Assembly: GCA_021836035.1 (NCBI GenBank)
Contig: JAKBJL010000002.1
Span: forward strand, 151,282-215,281
Source: a bacterium
GTDB taxonomy: Bacteria > Patescibacteriota > Microgenomatia > JAMCZE01
Direction of reading: 5' to 3'
DNA length: 64,000 nucleotides
The notes under the pieces were generated by a model that was not told the origin of the DNA, did no database searches, and saw only the letters and a list, made by a program, of their open reading frames with translations. The position numbers and the translations under genes are program-made. Of the stretch, positions 60,069 through 64,000 are shown piece by piece. Each line of letters begins with the position of its first letter. Within the stretch, counting starts at the first letter, position 1.

Positions 60069-61889
60069 CTATATTAATCTGGCGTAAATTCTGCGGATAC
60101 CGGCCCCCGCTGATTCCTCTTTAAAAATTTCCACCTGCCCCAGCTCTTTAGTGTTTTTTACATGGGGGCCGCCGCAAATCTCCCTGGAAAAGGGAGACCC
60201 TGAGCCTGTCGAAGGATCGCCAAAACTGAACACGGTTACTTTTTCCGGATATCTTTCCTTAAAAAATGCCAGAGCTCCGCTCCTAATCGCCTCTTCGTAA
60301 GTCATGGTCTCGACTACTTGCGGTAAGCCATTAGCTATTTGCTCATTAACTAAATCTTCCACCTTTTTTATCTGTTCCTCGGTCATTTTTCCGGGATGCG
60401 AAAAATCAAACCTTAATCTTTCTGCAGTAATGTTCGAGCCCTGCTGATGCACATGTTTTCCTAAAACCTGTCGCAATGCTGCCTGCAATAAATGCGTCGC
60501 TGTATGATATTTTGTCGCTTGCTCCGACCGGTCCGCTAGGCCACCCCGGAATTTCCCCTGACTACCGGACCTTGACTGCTCCTGATGCTTTTGTACTTCC
60601 TTTGCAAACTCCGCTTTCCCCGCAACGGAAAGACCTTTATTTTGCGCTTCTTCCCGGGTAATTTCGTAAGGGAAACCGAAAGACTCATAAAGACGGAAGG
60701 CTTCAGAAGCGGAAATCTTTCCTTTTGGGGCAATTTTTTCCAATTCCCGAAGCCCGTTTGCCAAGGTTTGCTGAAATTTCCTTTCCTCGTTGATAAGCGC
60801 GTCAACAATAGTTTTCTTTTCTTTTAAGACTTCCGGGTAAACCCCTCCGTAAACGGTAAATACGGCGTCGGAAACCGGCTCTATAAAACTTTCCGTAATA
60901 TTTAAGTAACGGCTGAAACGAATTGCCCGGCGAATTAATCGCCGCAGAATATAGCCGCGATCTTTATTAGAAGTCTGTACTCCCGCCGAAATCAGAAAAA
61001 CGGCAGCTTTAATATGGTCGGCAATAATGCGGAAATTCCGATCTGCCAAACTCTCCTGCCCGTACTGTAAATCGGAGGCCAGTTCAATACTTTTAATAAT
61101 CGGAATATAGACATCAGTTTTAAACTGATCCGGTTCATTAAGTATCGCTGCCAGCGTTCTTTCAATACCTCCGCCGAAATCAACATTTTTCTGGGGCAAG
61201 TCCTTAAAACTTCCGTCTTCCTGCTTTTGGTACTGGATAAAAACGGAGTTGCCGATTTCCAGGAACCGGCCGCAGCCGCAAGCCGGATGACACCGCTTTC
61301 CGTATTTAGGGTCATGCGGAATTTGAGTAAATTCATAATAAACTTCGCTATCCGGCCCTCCGATTTCTCCAGCCGGCATTTGTTCCGGGGTTCCGGAGCG
61401 GGACCACCAATTATGTTCTGCGCTGTAAAAATGGATATGGTCGTCGGCAATTCCCAAAGATTTCCAGATCCGGGAAGATTCCCCGTCTTCAGGAATATTT
61501 TTATATCCGGCAAAACAGGAGATATATAATTTTCCCTTTTCCAGACCTAATACTTCCGTTAAAAACTCGTAATACCAGGTAAGTTGTTCTTTCTTAAAAT
61601 AATCACCGAGCGACCAATTGCCCATCATTTCAAAATAAGTATCATGACGGTTATCACCCACTTCGTCGATATCCTGTCCCCGAAAACATTTCTGAATATC
61701 GACGAGCCTCCTTCCTGAAGGGTTAGGGGTCCCTAATAAATAGGGAATCAGCGGCTGCATTCCCGAACCGGTAAATAGCGTGCTGGGATCGTTTTCCGGA
61801 ATCAAAGATGCCGACGGAATGGCCGTGTGGCGGCGCGGCTTCTCCTGCCAAAACCGGAAAAACTTTTCCCGAAGCTCCAAATGGGTCAT
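60069..61889 (-). CDS. alaS: Alanyl-tRNA synthetase (short form lacking C-Ala)
   Basis: LFTGSGMQP, HDTYFEMMGNWS, HTATH, CGGPHV. Confidence 0.97.
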   Translation of the reverse strand: MTHLELREKFFRFWQEKPRRHTAIPSASLIPENDPSTLFTGSGMQPLIPYLLGTPNPSGRRLVDIQKCFRGQDIDEVGDNRHDTYFEMMGNWSLGDYFKKEQLTWYYEFLTEVLGLEKGKLYISCFAGYKNIPEDGESSRIWKSLGIADDHIHFYSAEHNWWSRSGTPEQMPAGEIGGPDSEVYYEFTQIPHDPKYGKRCHPACGCGRFLEIGNSVFIQYQKQEDGSFKDLPQKNVDFGGGIERTLAAILNEPDQFKTDVYIPIIKSIELASDLQYGQESLADRNFRIIADHIKAAVFLISAGVQTSNKDRGYILRRLIRRAIRFSRYLNITESFIEPVSDAVFTVYGGVYPEVLKEKKTIVDALINEERKFQQTLANGLRELEKIAPKGKISASEAFRLYESFGFPYEITREEAQNKGLSVAGKAEFAKEVQKHQEQSRSGSQGKFRGGLADRSEQATKYHTATHLLQAALRQVLGKHVHQQGSNITAERLRFDFSHPGKMTEEQIKKVEDLVNEQIANGLPQVVETMTYEEAIRSGALAFFKERYPEKVTVFSFGDPSTGSGSPFSREICGGPHVKNTKELGQVEIFKEESAGAGIRRIYARLI

Positions 61890-61960
61890 GAGGAAATTAT
61901 ATGACAAACATCTTGAATTTACACGAATTGCTTACGAATTTACGCGAAGAGATAAGTTAT

Positions 61961-62341
61961 TTAGAGTTTCTTTCCCGACCTGAGGAAACGACGGGGTTTA
62001 GATACCTCCTGGATTTTCTCACCCAGGGACTCAACTGCAGCGCCCAAATTATTGACTTTTTCTTTAACGGTTATGCTCGCTTCGTCGCTCATACCTGATA
62101 CCTCTTCCTTTATTTTTGCCACTTGCTCGGCAATACTCTCATATTGTTCATCCAAATTTTCCTTCGTATCCTCTAAGACATCATCCAGTTTCGTAAAAAA
62201 TTCCGGATAATTTTCCCGAAAATCCCGGCGCAGTTTTTTCCCCTTTTCTGTCCCGAACAAAAGAGTTGCTCCAGCCCCAATCGCGGCTCCCGCCAAAAAT
62301 CCTAAGACTATACCGCTGGAATGTTTATTATTCTGGCACAT
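61961..62341 (-). CDS. YtxH-domain protein
   Basis: GFLAGAAIGAGATLLFGTEKGKKLR. Confidence 0.85.
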   Translation of the reverse strand: MCQNNKHSSGIVLGFLAGAAIGAGATLLFGTEKGKKLRRDFRENYPEFFTKLDDVLEDTKENLDEQYESIAEQVAKIKEEVSGMSDEASITVKEKVNNLGAAVESLGEKIQEVSKPRRFLRSGKKL

Positions 62342-62360
62342 ATTTTATCGATTTATTGAA

Positions 62361-62633
62361 TTACTGGTTCGCTGTTTTACCCTCCTCATCCTTTTTAAAG
62401 AATTTCATTAATGCCGCGCCGCCTTTAATCCCTAAAAGCATGGAAGAAAACATATTCGCCGGTTTACTGACCGCTTCGGAAATGACTCCGGTATCATCCA
62501 AAACTTTATTTATTTTCCTGACGGTATTGCGGAACTCTTTAAGTATATAAAAGACCTGCACGCCGATCAAAGTCAGCATGACCGTCAGGGAGATAATCAC
62601 CATCGCCAGGAGTGCCTGGGTAATGTCAATCAT
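62361..62633 (-). CDS. Small membrane protein (DUF948-like)
   Basis: TM plus coiled coil, adjacent to the YtxH gene. Confidence 0.75.
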   Translation of the reverse strand: MIDITQALLAMVIISLTVMLTLIGVQVFYILKEFRNTVRKINKVLDDTGVISEAVSKPANMFSSMLLGIKGGAALMKFFKKDEEGKTANQ

Positions 62634-62707
62634 AGGGCAGGAAAGTAAAATCGGCTACTCAGTAAAACAGTAACCCAATAAAGTATAGAATACAACTATC
62701 ATATTTG

Positions 62708-63337
62708 CTACTGTTCGAGTCGTACATGGCGGATAACCTTCGCCTCTTTTTTGAACTTATTTTCCGAGACAATGGTAAATACGTTCAGGCCGGCGTTGAC
62801 CGGAATTTTTACCTGAAAATTGCCGCTTTCATCTAAGGAAACCTGCTGGTCATTAATATTTAATGTCGAAGACGGGTCGGTTTTTCCCGAAACTTCGACG
62901 GGGGATTCGGTAACAACACTATAATCCTTAGGCTGATCAACCGTTAAATACGGCGCTCCGGTAAACATCAAATATTGTCCGAGAAGATAGGCAAAAAAAA
63001 GGATCAATAAAGCGCCCACGCCGATGACCATGAGAAGCCGCGGGGTAAAAGTCAGTTTGGGCGGCAGGGGAACAGTCGCCGTCGGCAAAACCGGTTGTTT
63101 CTCCACGTTCACCTCCCGCCGGTAAAAAGCCAGCATCTCTTCCGGCGGCAGTCCCAGAAAAACAGCATAGTTTTTAATAAAACCGCGGATAAAAGTTTGC
63201 GGCGGCAGGAGATTGTATTGCCCCTCCTCTAAGGCTTCCAGAAATTTTTTCCGGATTTTAGTCGACTTTTCCACGTCCGCCAAGCTCAGCTTTCTTTCCG
63301 TTCTTCTCCTTTTTAACATTTCGCCGACGGTTGTCAT
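62708..63337 (-). CDS. RodZ-like HTH membrane protein with C-terminal Ig-like domain
   Basis: TVGEMLK..TKIRKKFLEALEEG..RGFIKNYA. Confidence 0.88.
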   Translation of the reverse strand: MTTVGEMLKRRRTERKLSLADVEKSTKIRKKFLEALEEGQYNLLPPQTFIRGFIKNYAVFLGLPPEEMLAFYRREVNVEKQPVLPTATVPLPPKLTFTPRLLMVIGVGALLILFFAYLLGQYLMFTGAPYLTVDQPKDYSVVTESPVEVSGKTDPSSTLNINDQQVSLDESGNFQVKIPVNAGLNVFTIVSENKFKKEAKVIRHVRLEQ

Positions 63338-63354
63338 AAATTTAAGAGGCAGTA

Positions 63355-63460
63355 TAAATTCAAAATACGAATATCAAAATCCGAAACAAATTCAAATGAC
63401 AGAAATTCTAATGTTTAAAACATTGGAGAATTTGGATTTAGATCATTGTTTCGAATTCTA
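63355..63460. repeat. AT-rich intergenic element with short internal repeats and inverted arms
   Basis: AAATACG-AATATCA-AAATCCG-AAACAAATTCAAATG..TTTGGATTTAG..TTGTTTCGAATT. Confidence 0.55.
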
Positions 63461-64000
63461 TTGTGTTTGTCCCTCTCCTCGGATTCTGTTGGCAAAATAT
63501 TCTTCGGCGTTTCTAACCAACACATCCCGCGGCTTACTGCCTTCCCCGGGTCCGACAATTCCCATTTCCTGCAGCTGATCCAAAATCCGGGCCGCCCGCG
63601 CGTATCCTACAGAAAGTTTTCTCTGTAAAAGCGAAGCCGACGCCCGATCAAACTGACAAACGACCTTAATCGCTTCGTCCACCAACTGTTCATCTTTTCC
63701 GCCTCCCGATTGCCCCAAAGCCCCCGGACCTTTATAGGAAAGGGGCATATTGGTAACTTCGTCGGTGTAATTAACGGGAATACCTTTCGCTTTGAAAAAG
63801 CCCACCAGGCGGTTTACTTCCTGTTCGGAAACCAAAGCTCCCTGAATCCGTGAGGGTTTACTTTGGTCCGGCGGAATATACAACATATCACCTCGCCCCA
63901 GTAATTTTTCCGCTCCCGGCATATCAATAATTACCCGGGAATCCACCATCGAAGTGACATTAAAGGCAATCCGGCAGGGAATATTCGCTTTAATAAGGCC
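63458..64000 (-). CDS. ftsK: DNA translocase FtsK (5'-partial)
   Basis: GAEKLLGRGDML; gamma domain SASLLQRKLSVGYARAARILD. Confidence 0.96.
   Translation of the reverse strand, partial: GLIKANIPCRIAFNVTSMVDSRVIIDMPGAEKLLGRGDMLYIPPDQSKPSRIQGALVSEQEVNRLVGFFKAKGIPVNYTDEVTNMPLSYKGPGALGQSGGGKDEQLVDEAIKVVCQFDRASASLLQRKLSVGYARAARILDQLQEMGIVGPGEGSKPRDVLVRNAEEYFANRIRGEGQTQ

Overview
Bacterial chromosome segment with the hallmarks of a Candidate Phyla Radiation (Patescibacteria), most likely Microgenomates-type, genome (inference): no rpmD between rpsE and rplO, rpsL directly after rpoC, miniaturised TsaB and AlaRS, many Pro/Thr-linker secreted proteins and many apparently leaderless genes. The right half (33-64 kb) is core: S10/spc ribosomal operons, tuf, fusA, rpsGL, rpoBC, mltG, ruvX, sortase, alaS, rodZ-like and ftsK. 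The left half is rich in envelope and secreted systems: (i) a DUF2292/YezD gene followed by an overlapping hairpin/terminator leader and two paralogous Asn/Gly/Thr-rich repeat proteins, a candidate regulated fibre system and the best novelty candidate; (ii) three beta-helix/dockerin-like genes between tsaE and tsaB, joined by an identical 45-bp junction repeat; (iii) FtsEX with a coiled-coil C39-like hydrolase; (iv) a minimal cellulose-synthase-like cluster (GH8, PilZ-less GT2, GT-C transferase, divergent GH5). Small palindromic elements occur between genes and in-frame within AlaRS and probably EF-G. Two frameshifts (rplD and a surface protein) and three genes missing from the ORF track were found by hand. 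No rRNA, tRNA, CRISPR array or intact transposase was recognised.
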